DNA of 64,000 nt from Mobula hypostoma (lineage: Eukaryota): contig NC_086097.1 of NCBI RefSeq assembly GCF_963921235.1, positions 74,712,001 to 74,776,000 of the forward strand, given 5' to 3'. Positions within the stretch are counted from its first letter, which is position 1. Every line of letters begins with the position of its first letter. Under the pieces are notes generated by a model. It saw only the letters and a program-made list of their open reading frames with translations. It ran no database searches and had not been told where the DNA came from. A program made the translations under genes and the position numbers. Below, piece by piece: positions 1 to 11,879 of this stretch.

Positions 1-568
1 CAAGTCTGTGAGCAAACGTATAGCTGCAAAATCTATTTGTTTGAATAGCAATATGGTGAAGTTTTGTTTGGGGGATTAGAGATTATTCCAGTTCATTTCT
101 GTTGGGTATCCTACTGCAATCTCAAAAAAAAATTAGAAATTTTTTTGTAACTCTTTGAATCGCGTGTCCCCTAAACATTGTGCATCATTTATCTGTGTCA
201 ATTACATCTAACTGGTTGCTTCTGAACAATATCAATGGCCTGAATTAAACAGGCTGCTAGTTTTTGGTTGATATACTGTAAATAAATCATTGTCCCACAG
301 GAAGTTCAAGGGCTTGCTGAGTTGTAAATTCTGCATTCTTTTGGCGCATGCATGCTTGGCAAAGAGTATTTGCATCACTGCCGAACAAAGGAAATTATAT
401 TAATGGCAACACTTTTCGCTTGCGGAAGTGGAGGAGTGAAAAGAAAATAAATAACAATATATTGATCATCTATTCTTTTGTTTCAAATTACTTTGGATGG
501 ATTAAGAAATTATCTTTATTTGTCTGTCAAAACTGACATTAAATCAATCATCATATTTAAATATATGA

Positions 569-705
569 TCAAGGTAACAAGAGATTCTTCAGAAGCTGGG
601 AATATGGAGCAGCGCATGAAATGCTGAAGGAACTCAGCAGATCACGCACCGTCCATGAAGAGGAGTAAACAGTGGATATGCCAGGCTGAGACCCTTCATT
701 GGGAT
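569..705 (-). mobile_element. Short degenerate Penelope-like terminal fragment
   Basis: Matches the aaatgctg.aggaactcagcag...gagacccttca terminal unit repeated throughout the window. Confidence 0.65.
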
Positions 706-755
706 ATTTGCCCAGCTTTCTAAATTTTTACTAAATTAGTTTCTGGGAATGTCAT

Positions 756-1465
756 AAACACGAGAAAATCTGCATATTCTGAATATCTGAGCAACACACA
801 CAAAATGCTGGAGGAACTCAGCAGGCCAGGCTGCATCTATGGAAAAACGAAACCCTTCAGCAGGACTGGAGAAAAAAGACTGAGGAGTAGATTTAAAGGG
901 TTGGGGGGTGGGGAAGAAACGCCGGGTGATAGGTGAAACTTGAAGGGGAGGGATGAAACAAAGAACTAGGAAGTTGATTAGTGAAAGAGACGGAAGCTCA
1001 TGGAAGAAAGAAAAAATGCGGGAGGAGCACTAGACTAAGGCAATGAGTGGGCAAGGAGATAACATGAGAGAGGGACAAGGGGATGGGAAATGGTGAAGGG
1101 GGGGCATTACTGGAAGTTTGAGAAATCGATGTTCATGCCATCAGTTTGGAGGTTACCCAAACGAAATATAAGGTGTTGTTCCTCCAACCTAAGTGTGGCT
1201 TATCCCAACAGTGGAGGAGGTCATGGATGGATATATCGGAATGGGAAGTGGAATTAAAATGGGTGACCACTGGGAGACCTCGCTTGTTCAGGCAGACGGA
1301 GTGTAGATGCTCGTCGAAGCGGTCTCCCCGTTTACGTCAGGTCTAATCTACTCTTCAGCTTTTTTCTTCAATCCTGCGAAAGGTTTTTGCTCAAACCACT
1401 GACTGTTCCTTTTTCCATAGATGTTGCCTGGCCTGCTGAGTTCCTCCAGCATTTTGTGTGTGTTG
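756..1465 (-). mobile_element. Truncated Penelope-like element with inverted terminal copy
   Basis: Perfect 13-bp TSD ctgggaatgtcat (743-755, 1466-1478). Minus-strand GIY-YIG C-terminal remnant (..GDRFDEHL..). The terminal unit is repeated in inverted orientation at about 1350-1465. Confidence 0.85.
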
Positions 1466-2635
1466 CTGGGAATGTCATTCCTTGATTTATAAACAAAGAC
1501 TATACCCAGAATTCTACAGAAAGGCAAATGGATAATTCCACCAAAAGTTAACCTTTTTGTTGAACAGCCTTTATTGAGATTGGAAAGGAAAGGGGCAGAA
1601 GCCAGAATAAGAAGGTGGGGAAGTACAAGCTGGCAGAAGATAGCTGAGAGGGAAGATGGCTGGGTGGAGGGAAGGGGTGATAAAGTAAGAAGTTGAGAAG
1701 GGATAGATGGAAGAAGTAAATGGCTGAAGAAGAATTCTAATAGGAAAGGACACTGGACCATGAAAGAAACAGAAAGAGGAGGGTAACTAGAGGAGATGAT
1801 GGGCAGGTGAGAGGGTAACCAGAATGAGGAATGGAAAGAAGAGAGAGGGGGGAATACAAGCAGGTGATAGGTGAAACCAGGGGAAGGTGGGTGGGTGGGG
1901 GAGGCATCAACTTTGCCTTCAACTTCCACCCTGCTCTCAAATTTACTTCGTTCATCTCTGACACTTCTTTCCATTTCCTTGATCTACCTACCTCCATCTC
2001 TGGAGACAGACTATCTACTGACATATTTTACAAACCGACTAACTCTTGTAATTATCTTGACTATATCTCTTCCCACACTGTCAGTTGTATGCAGGCTATT
2101 CCCTTCCTTTAGTTCTTCTGTCTTTGCAGCGTCTGTTCTCAAGATGTAGTTTTCCGTTCCAGACCATCTGAGATGTCCTCATTGTTCAAGTAATAGCGTT
2201 TCCCTACCACTACCATTAATGCTGCCCTCAGCCGCATCTCCTCCATTTCCCACACATCTGCCCTTACCCCATCCTCCCACCATCATAACAAGGTTCCCCT
2301 TGTCCTTATCTACCACCCCAAGAGCCTTCATATCCAGTACATCATTCTCACTAACTGCCGCCATCTCCCAACAGGATCCTAACACTGAGCACATCTTTCC
2401 CTCCCCTGCACCCCCCCAGTTTTTACACAACTCCCTTGTCCACTCCTCATTGATCTCTGTACTGACACTTAACCTCCAGCATTTGGTGTATGTAGCTCAT
2501 CTATTGTATTCCGTGCTTCCAATGCAGTCTCCTCTTCATTAGTGAGGCACCAGGCAGTTAGGAGGGTTACTTTACTGAGCACCTTAGCTCTGCCTCTGCA
2601 AAAGGCAGTATCTCCCAGTTGCTACCCATTTCAAT

Positions 2636-3956
2636 TTGAATTGAATTGACTTTATTACTTACATTCTTCATATAATGGAGTAAAAGTCTTTACATTACGT
2701 CTCCATCAAAATGTTCAATTTAAAGTAATTTAGAGTAGTATGTACAATTGAACAGTCAATATAACATAGAAATACAATTGTATCAGAATGAATTAATCAG
2801 TCTGATGGCCTGGTGGAAGAAGCTGTCCTGGAGCCTGTTGGTCCTGGCTTTTATGCTGTGGTACTGTTTCCTGGATGGTAGCAACTGGAACAGTTTGTGG
2901 TTGGGATGACTCTGGTCTCCATTGATCTTTCGGGCCCTTTTTCCCACATCTGTCTTTGTAAATGTCCTGAATAGTGGGAAGTTCACATCTGCAGATGCAC
3001 TGGGCTGTCCGCACCACTCTCTGCAGAGCCCTGCGATTGAAGGAAGTACAGTTTCCATACCAGGCAGTGATGCAGTCAGTCAGGATGCTCTCAATTGTGC
3101 TCTTGTAGAAAGTTCTTCAGATTTCAGGGCCCATACCAAACTTCTTCAACCATCTGAGGTAAAAGAAGTGCTGTTGTGCTTTTTTCACCACACACCCAGC
3201 ATGTACAAACCACTTGAGATCCTCAGTGATGTGTATGCCGAGGAACTTAAAAGCTGTTCACCCTCTCAACCTCAGATCCATTGATGTCAATAGGAGTTGG
3301 CCTGTCTCCATTCCTCCTGTAGTCTACAACCAGCTCCTTTGTTTTTGCGACATTGAGGGAGAGGTTGTTTTCTTGACACCACTGTGTTAAGATGATGACT
3401 TCTCCTCTGTAGGCTGCCTCATATTATTTGAGATTAGGCCAAGCAGTGTAGTGTCATCATCAAATTTAATTAGCAGATTGGAGCTGTGGGTGGCGACACA
3501 GTCATGGGTATGCAGAGATTAAAGGGGGGGCTTAGGACACAGCTCTGAGGGGCACCTGTGTTGAGGGTCAGAGGGGCAGAGGTGAGGGAACTCACTCTTA
3601 CCACCTACCGGTGATGTGATAGGAAGTCCAGGATACAGCTACATAAGGCAGGGTGAAGGCCGAAGTTTCTGAGCTTCTTGTTGAGCCTGGAGGGAATTAT
3701 GGTGTTAAATGCTGCACTGTAGTCCAAGAACAGCATTTTCACACAAGCGTCTTTCTTCTCCAGATGTGTAAGGACGGTGTGTAGAGCTGTGGCTATTGCG
3801 TCATCTGTTGATTGGTTGTGTCGGTAGGCGAATTGTAAGGGGTCCAGTGTGGGTGGTAGCATGCTGCAGATTAGTGCTTGACCAGCCTCTCAAAGCATTT
3901 GCTTACTATTGAGGTGATTGTGACATGAAGCCAGTCATTCAGATATGTTACCTTGG
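2636..3956 (-). mobile_element. Rex1/Babar-type LINE, 5'-truncated
   Basis: [29 protein letters not shown] motif; C-terminal LFQLLPS...SFFHQAIRL; AATAAA plus (TTCAA)n tail at 2636-2656 on the minus strand. Confidence 0.85.
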
Positions 3957-4353
3957 TCTCCTAATTTCCATTCTGACATGTCTAACCACGGCCTCTTCTA
4001 CTGCCATAATCAGGCCAAACATGGGTTGGAAGAGCAGTACCTCGTATTCCTTTTGGATTGTTTCAGGCCTGATGGCATGAAAATTGATTTTTTCAATTTC
4101 TTTTAATTTATTGCCCTTCCCCTTTGGTCTTTTTCCATTTCCTCCTTTTTTCACCTCCCTCTGGTTCTCCACCTCCTTCTGCCCTTTATCTCATCCAACT
4201 ATTACCTCCCAGCTTCTTACTTCATCCCCCCATCCCACCGAACCACCTTCCCCCTCAGTTACATTCACCTATTCCCTGCAGTTTGTATTCCTCCTCCTTC
4301 CCCTTCCCCCACATTTTTTTTTATTCTTGCCTCTGAACACCCCCCTTCCTTTC

Positions 4354-4391
4354 CAGTCCTAATGAAGGGTCTCAGTCTGAAACATCGACTG
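4354..4391 (+). ncRNA. Degenerate minimal hammerhead ribozyme motif (PLE terminus)
   Basis: CAGTC-CTAATGA-AGGGTCTCAGTCT-GAAAC-ATC-GACTG: stem I / core / stem II / GAAA / cleavage triplet / stem I. Confidence 0.65.
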
Positions 4392-7002
4392 TTTACTCCC
4401 CTCCATAGCCTGATCTGCCAAGTTCCTCCTACATTTTGTGTGTGTTAAACAATGCAATATTCCTGATTTGTGGTCTATCTGTAGTACTATCTACAAGATG
4501 GACTGCAACAGCTAGAGCAAATTTCTTTGATTATATCACAGAAACTCACAACCTCAGTTACTAAGAGAAATGAGACCAACAAGCCCATAATCGCATCACC
4601 CTTCCAGTCGCAGATGTATCACCATTCCCTCTTTCTTGCTACTCAGGATCCCAGTCAAATCTACCTAATAACTGTTCAGTTATATCTGCAAAGGCACTAT
4701 TGTTCTCACTGCTTTCTCAAGAGCAGCGTGGAGTCGATGATATATTCTGGTTTATCAGCAATATCTGAACTAAAAAATTAAAAGGAATGGTAGAAAATTG
4801 CAATCTGCTGCATTTAGTCTGGCACTGTAAGCAGACCATGCACAAAAAAATGGCTTATTTTTTATCCCCAGAAAAGGAGTCAGTAATTAACAATTAATCT
4901 GCATTACTGGCTATCACTTTTCCGAATATATGCTGGAGCTTCTTTACAGTGGTGTATTGGGTCAGGCAGGAATTCAGGATAATGATATCTCAACTCCTTG
5001 CGTTGAAACCTGGAGACATTTGAATGAGAACAGCTAGAGACCAGATCCAGAGCACGTTTTTAATGAACTACTGAATTGAAAATGACTTTTATGTATGTTT
5101 AGTATTATTTTCGACTTTTTTCCACTGTAAAATCTGCAAGAAGGCACAACACTACATGATGACTTGCCTGGAATAGGTAGGGTGTTACCTGTGTAACTTG
5201 ACCCCAGTATTTCTATGGATTTTAGATAAATGAATTTGAGAATTGGTCTGATGCCAAGAGAAAAACAAATTATTTTTGCTGCAGTAAGAATGAAATGCAT
5301 CTAAATCTGGCTACAGATTACTATGGAAGTGAGGGGGAAAATAGAGATCAAATGTGACGGGTAATCGAAATTGAATGATAGATTGGAGAGAGGAGACCAA
5401 AAGAAGGAACTTCAAAAAATAGAGAATTTCTAAGCGTGAATGCTTGACACTGATGAACAACAAGAGAGATCATGTGCATTTTTACTACATGTTTGAGCAA
5501 TGTTATTGCATTTGTAATAAGTAGAGATATTCTTTAGTTTATGAATATTTGAATTTTTAATTTTCACAATAATGCCACTTTTACAAAACTATTTTTCACT
5601 ACAAGGAAAGGGATGCCATTCTACAGAAGAGCAAATCGATAATTTCACAAATTGGGGCTCCACATTATACCTACATGATTCATGGAAGTGTTACCAAATA
5701 AATGGTATAATTTTGCATTGACTTCCAGGAAGACATATTGGAACAGAGAACCAAATATGTGATCCAAGAGAGGTTTTAAAAAGCATTTAAAAGGGCAGTT
5801 GAGAGGTGGAGATACATGTCTCAATTTTATCATCCCTCTGTCTCTTTAATCATTTTAATGGTAAAGTTCAGATTACACTAATCTTAGATCCAGTCGAAAT
5901 ACCAGTTCTTACAGTCTAATTGTTAGGGTTTTCCTGGCATGAATAGTAATGTTGAGACCAGAGGTTTTTATAACATTTTGAATTAAATTTCAACTCTATT
6001 TCTCAGCTTGCAATCATTAGAAAAAGAAAACTGAGCAAGATGAAATCAAATTCCTAAAGTGCTGACTGTAAACAATCTTTTTGAATTAAATGACAAACAT
6101 AAAATTGTGGGCTGTTTGTTTAAAGTTTAGAAGACCGAAGTGAGATCAGAAGAAAACTTCTTCCCTCCAGTATTTCATATCTGTCCTGAATAGAACTACA
6201 GAGAAAGCAGTTATTATTCTATTAAATTAACCCTTTCCAGAAAAGGAACTGGGCAATAACATAGTTCAAAAAAAAGACTGGCAGTTAAAGAGATGTGCAT
6301 AATTTCAAATGATCAAAAATTCTACATATAGAAATAAGAGTGGCAAGGCTTTTGCACTATCAATGTAACAAGTTTAAGCTCAGAAGTTCTGTTGTGGTTA
6401 CAAATGTTACTTATGAGAATTTCATTAGAAAATTGATTGCATATTTGCCATGTTTTTTACAAAGTTTTTGATTTTGCTTCAGTATCTTCCTTATTCAAAT
6501 ACATATAGAAATGAGGGGGAAAATAGAGACAAAATGTGCAGAAGGTGAAATTTACTGCAAATCGGAGGCCTGGTTTGCCAGTACTAAAGGAGAACTGAAT
6601 GAGGAAGCCAAGCTCTTAAGAGTCTGAACCATCTGGGTCTGATTCCATTTCTGGTCCCTAAGGTCCTGATACTCCAATCCACACAGCCTTGACTGATATC
6701 TTCCCTTCTCCCTCACTTTCTGGGCATCTCAATACCACAATGTGCATTGTGTTCAACATGCTGTTCATGGTGTATTAATGTTTCTTGTCGTTTACCGTTT
6801 TATAAAGAAAGACTTATTTCTTTCCATGTGTACTGTAGCAGCATGGGTCAGCCTCTTTTATTTTTACACTGCAGAAGTGTGAATGCCCTTCTCATCTGTT
6901 TTAGTGATGATGACTAGGGAGACAAATAGCTGCTTAGGCTCCAAAGACAAAGAACTGTTGCTTTTTCAATAAATCTTAATATTCTGATAGAGTGCAGGCT
7001 AT

Positions 7003-7528
7003 AATCAGAATCGGGTTTATTATCATGTGACGTGAATTTTGTTAACTTAGCAGCAGCAGTTCAATGCAATACATAATCTAGCAGAGAGAAAAAAAAATAA
7101 ACAAGTAAATCAATTAGGTATATTGAATAGATTTTTTAAAATGTGCAAAAACAGAAATACTGTATATATTTTTTTAAAAAGATGAGATAATGTCCAAAGC
7201 TTCAATGTCCATTTAGGAATTGGATGGCAGAGGGGAAGAAGCTGTTCCTGAATCGCTGAGTGTGTGCCTTCAGGCTTCTGTATCTCCTACCTGATGGTAA
7301 CAGTGAGAAAAGGGCATGCCCCGGATGCTGGAGGACTTTAATAATGGACACTGCCTTTCTGAGAGACTGCTCCCTAAAGATGTCCTGGGTACTTTGTAGG
7401 CTAGTGCCAAGATGGAGCTGACCAGATTTACAACCCTGTGTAGCTTCTTTTGGTCCTGTGCAGTAGCCCCTCCATACCAGACAGTGATGCAGCCTGTCAG
7501 AATGTTCTCCATGGTACAACTATAGAAG
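7003..7528 (-). mobile_element. Rex1/Babar LINE 3' fragment
   Basis: HPGHALFSLLPSGRRYRSL..RFRNSFFPSAI; (TTCTGA)n tail; near-identical to 11880-12360. Confidence 0.85.
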
Positions 7529-7840
7529 CTGTATGGATTTGAATAACATATTCCTCCCTAGTTTGCTAATTGTCTAATTTTGGGGGTTTTCTTCTTGATC
7601 CTTATTTAAGCTAACTGAAAAGAATAGATGATGGCATTGGGGTGTGTGTGTGGGTAATATTTGTGTTTGTAGAGGCATCAATAAAAAGAGTTTTTAAAAG
7701 AAAGTATGGGATCTAGCTTATAAAGCAGATTGGTTTCTCTAATAATTCCTAATGTTAACCTGTTCACTTTGCCATGTAATGTTCGAATATTTAATTGAAA
7801 ATTGAGTAATGCAATATTTATATGTTCTGTTTAATTATAG

Positions 7841-7946
7841 CTGTTGAAGGTCATGTGATCCATTGGATTGAAAGCAAGGCCTCGTTTGGCGATGAATGTA
7901 GTCACCAATCATACTTGCAGGACCAATTCTGGAGCTACTGGAACAG
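7841..7946 (+). CDS. CDIN1: CDIN1/C15orf41 penultimate coding exon (106 bp; phase 1 in, phase 2 out)
   Basis: Acceptor ttaattatAG (7839-40) and donor GT (7947-48). Translates (A)[34 protein letters not shown](R), which I recognise as nearly identical to vertebrate CDIN1, including the E-S-K of the PD-(D/E)XK motif. Confidence 0.95.
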
Positions 7947-8653
7947 GTGCCTTTTGTATAAAACATTTTTCTTGTACAAATGGTGCTGTTTACATGTTTT
8001 CTGAGAAAACACTGTCCTCAAAAGTTCGATGCTAATTATGCTTGAAGGTTCAACCCTTCATTGTATTGAAATCTCCTTTGAAGTTCATTTCAACATATTT
8101 TATAAATCCCTGGCTACAAAATTGACATCCATCATAGGAGAACTATGTACAGTAATTATTACTGGCATCAAAGTCTTACAATGCATCTAATGAATTCTGC
8201 TAATTCTGAGCAACTGGAAAAGGGAATATTTTTCCCAGTTCCACATAAACCTATACCTTCTGAAAAGTAGATAGTGGCCCATATTTTTGCAGTTATTGTG
8301 ACAATGAAACTTTTGGTTTTCAGCATTATTATGCATTGAAGCTGAGAGCAACTTTGAGATTTCCATATGTGCTTGGTTTAACTCGGAAATCCCAAAGTTA
8401 CTGTCAACTAATTAAACAACACACAATAAAAATTAGTTGAATTAAATTAAAGAGCATATATGTGATTCCATAGATACAGCAATAGAGTAGGAATAAAATC
8501 TGGCATCAGGCAAAACAACAGACAACACAATGCTTTACACTGGCAGAGGACACAATCAAAATGTGAGAATAATCATTATAAGGTACATATTAGTTCCAAA
8601 TATGTTGCACCTGGTGATAGCAAAAGGGTAAAATTAAGTTAATAGTCATTCTT

Positions 8654-8889
8654 GTGTGTTGGGCACGTGGCCAAGTGGTTAAGGCGTTCGTCTAGTGATC
8701 TGAAGGTCGCTGGTTCAAGCCTCAGCTGTGGCAGCGTGTTTGTGTCCTTGAGCAAGGCACTTAACCACACATTGCTCTAGTGTCTGTGCGAGGAGTGGCG
8801 CCCCACACAAACTTCCAACCTGCGCCTTGTAAGGCATAAAAATGCCCGACATAGGCCTCTCACGGTCTGAGTTGACGTTCCCTCCCTCC
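8654..8889 (+). mobile_element. tRNA(Thr-like)-derived SINE
   Basis: A box TGGCCAAGTGG (8668-78), B box GGTTCAAGCC (8712-21), central gtgtccttgagcaaggcacttaacc block, (CCCT)n tail, 7-bp TSD cattctt (8647-53, 8890-96). Confidence 0.85.
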
Positions 8890-9069
8890 CATTCTTTAAT
8901 TTTGATTGTAAACTGCATACATAATGTAATTCAGGTGGAAATGTTCTGTCTTTTGCCTTGTATTCTAAATTGTCCAAATCTTCTTCTTTATAAAAGGTGT
9001 AGAGTTATCAGAGGTTGGAAATGAGTGAATTAAGAAAGAAGCTTGCTTTCTGTCCTTTAGAATCAGAAT

Positions 9070-11879
9070 GCACACAACGTAAGGAATAAAATGGATGATC
9101 TTGAAATTCAGCTACAGATTGGCAAGTATGATGTTGTGGCCATCTCTGAAATTTGGCTAAAGGATGGCTGCCATTGGGAGCTGAACGTCCAAGGATATAC
9201 AGTATATCAGAAAGATAGGTTAGTAGGCAGAGGGGGTGGTGTGGCTCAGTGTATAAGAAATAATATTAAATCATTGGAAAGAGATGACATAGGATTGGAT
9301 GGTGTAGAATCTCTATGGATTGAGTTAAGAAATGGCAAGGTTAAAAGGACCCTATTGGCAGTTGTATACAGGCCTCCAAGCAGCGATTGGGATGTGGATT
9401 ACAAATTACATCAGGAGATAGAAAAGACATGTCAGAAAGGCAATGTTATGATAATTGTTGGGGATTTTAACATGAAAGTAGATTGGGAAAACCAGGTCAG
9501 TACTGGACCTCGAGAGAGAATTTGTAGAATGGCATTTTTGAAGAGCTTGTTGTCGAGCCTACTAGGGGATCGGCTATGCTGGATTGGGTGTTGTGCAATG
9601 ATCTGGAGGTGATAAGAGAACTTAAGGTTAAGGAACAGTGATCACAATATGATCGAGTTCACATTGAAATTTGAGAGGGAAGAAATAAAATCCAATATGT
9701 CAGTATTTCAGTGGAATAAAGGAAATTACAATGGCATGAAAGGGGAACTGGCCGAAGTTGACTGGAAAGGGACATTTGCAGGAAAGACAGCAGAGCAGCA
9801 ATGGCTGGAGTTTCTGTGAAAAATGAGGGAAGTACAAGACATATATATTCCAAATAAGAAATTTTCAAAGGGAAGAAGTACACTACCATGGCTGACAATT
9901 GGAGGCAGAGCCAAAGTAAAATCAAAAGAGAGGGCATACAAGGAAGCCAGAGCTACTAGGAAGATAGAGGATTGGGGAGCTTTTAAAAACTTGCAGAAGG
10001 AAACTAAGAAGGTCATTCGGAAGGAAAAGATGAATTATGAGAGGAATCTGGCAACTAATATCAAAGAAGATACTAAAAGCTTTTTTAAGTACACAAAGGG
10101 TAAAAGAGACTTGAGGGTAAATATGGGACCAATAGAAAATGACACTGGAGATATTGTAATGAGAGATACAGAGGTGGCAGAGGAACTGAGTGTGTATTTT
10201 GCATCAGTCTTCACAGTATATTGGACATTCAAGTGTGTCAGGGAGGTTAAGTTTGTGCAGTGAAAATTACGACTGAGAAGGTGCTTAGGAAGCTAAGTGG
10301 GCTAAAGGTGGATAAATCTCCTCGACCTGATGGAATGCACCCTCAGGTTCTGAAGGAAGAAGCTGGAGAGATTGCGGAGGCATTAATGATGATCTTTCAA
10401 GAATCAATAGATTGTGGCATTGTACCGGATAACTGGAAAATTGCAAATGTTACTCCGCTATTTAAGAAGGGTGGGAGGCAGCAGAAAGGAAACTATAGAC
10501 CTATTATCCTGACATCAGTGGTTGGGAAGTTGTAGGAATCGATTGTTAGGGATGAGATTATGGAGTACCTGGAGGCACATGACAAGATCGGCCAAAGCCA
10601 GCATGGTTTCCTGAAAGGAAAATCTTACTGCAATTCTTTGAGGAAATTACAAGCAGGGTAGACAAAGGAGATGCAATAGACGTGGTGTACTTGGATTTTC
10701 AGATTTTATGACAAGGTGCCACACATGAGGCTGCTTAGCAAGATAAGAGCCCATGGAATTACAGAGAAGTTACTAGCATGGGTGGTGCATTGGCTGGTTG
10801 GCAGAAAACAGAGAGTGGGAATAAAGGGACCCTATTCTGGCTGGCTGCCAGTTACCAGTGGAGTTCCACAGGGATCGGTGTTGGGACCGCTGCTTTTTAT
10901 GACATATGTCAGTGATTTGGACTATGGGATTAATGGATTTGTGGCTAAATTTGCCGATGATACAAAGATAGGTGGAGGAGCGGGTAGTGTTCAGAAAACA
11001 GAGAGCCTGCAGAGAGACTTGGATAGTTTAGGGGAATGGGCAAAGAAGTGGCAAATGAAATACAATGTTGGAAGGTGTATGGTCATGCACTTTGGTGGAA
11101 GAAATAAACGGGGAGACTATTATTTAGATGGGGAGAGAATTCAAAATGCAGAGATGCAAAAGGACTTGGGAGTTCTTGTGCAGGATACCCTGAAGGTTGA
11201 CCTTCAGGTTGAGTCGGTGGTGAAGAAGGCGAATGCAATGTTGGCATTCATTTCTAGAGGTATTCAATATAAGAGCAGGGATGTGATGTTGAGGCTCTAT
11301 AAGGCACTTGTGAGACTACACTTGGAGTATTGTGTGCAGTTTTGGGCTCCTTATTTTACAAAGGATATACTGACATTGGAGAGGGTTCAGAGAAGATTCA
11401 CGAGAATGATTCCAGGAACGAAAGGGTTACTGTAAGAGGAATGTCTGGCAGCTCTTGAGCTGTATTCCCTGGAGTTCAGGACAATGAGGGAGGACCTCAC
11501 TGAAACATTCAGAATGTTAAACGGCCTGAATAGATTAGATATGGCAAAGTTATTTCCCATGGAAGGGGATTCTAGGACAAGAAGGCACGACTTCAGGATT
11601 GAAAGATGTCCTTTTAGAACTGAGATGCAGAGAAATTACTTTAGTCAGAGGATGGTAAATCTGTGGAATTTGTTGCCACACGCAGCTGTGGAGACCAAGT
11701 CATTGGGTGTATTTAAGGCAGAGATAGATAGGTTAGACAGGGCATCAAAGGGTATGTGGTGAAAGCAGGGGGGTAGGGATGATTGGAAGAATTGGATCAG
11801 CCCATGATTGAATGAGACAGCAGACTCAATGGGCCGAATAGCCTACTTCTGCTCCTATATCTTACGGTCTTATGTTCTT
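9070..11879 (+). mobile_element. CR1 LINE, ORF2 (APE endonuclease + RT) pseudogenised
   Basis: Fragments ISEIW, VGDFN, NYRPI.LTS, GVPQGSVLGP, KFADD in shifting frames; CR1 3' end with (tcttatg.)n tail; 9-bp TSD aatcagaat (9061-69, 11880-88). Confidence 0.92.

Larger units (their letters stand above)
1545..4447 (+). mobile_element. Degenerate Penelope-like element (inverted 3' copy about 1545-1900, body 1905-4447), interrupted by a Rex LINE
   Basis: RT C-terminal remnant NFHPALKFT..HFLDL..ISGDRLSTDIFYKPTNS.NYLDY.SSH, then GIY-YIG remnants. Sequence broken at about 2635 resumes at about 3957 and ends in the ribozyme-bearing terminal unit. Confidence 0.85.

Noticed and set aside
1..7840. Preceding CDIN1 exon (expected ..GYDKTPDF..)
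   Set aside because: Not found by eye; probably upstream of the window.
8661..8735. Functional tRNA gene
   Set aside because: Acceptor and anticodon stems pair poorly, and the sequence continues into a SINE body, tail and TSD.
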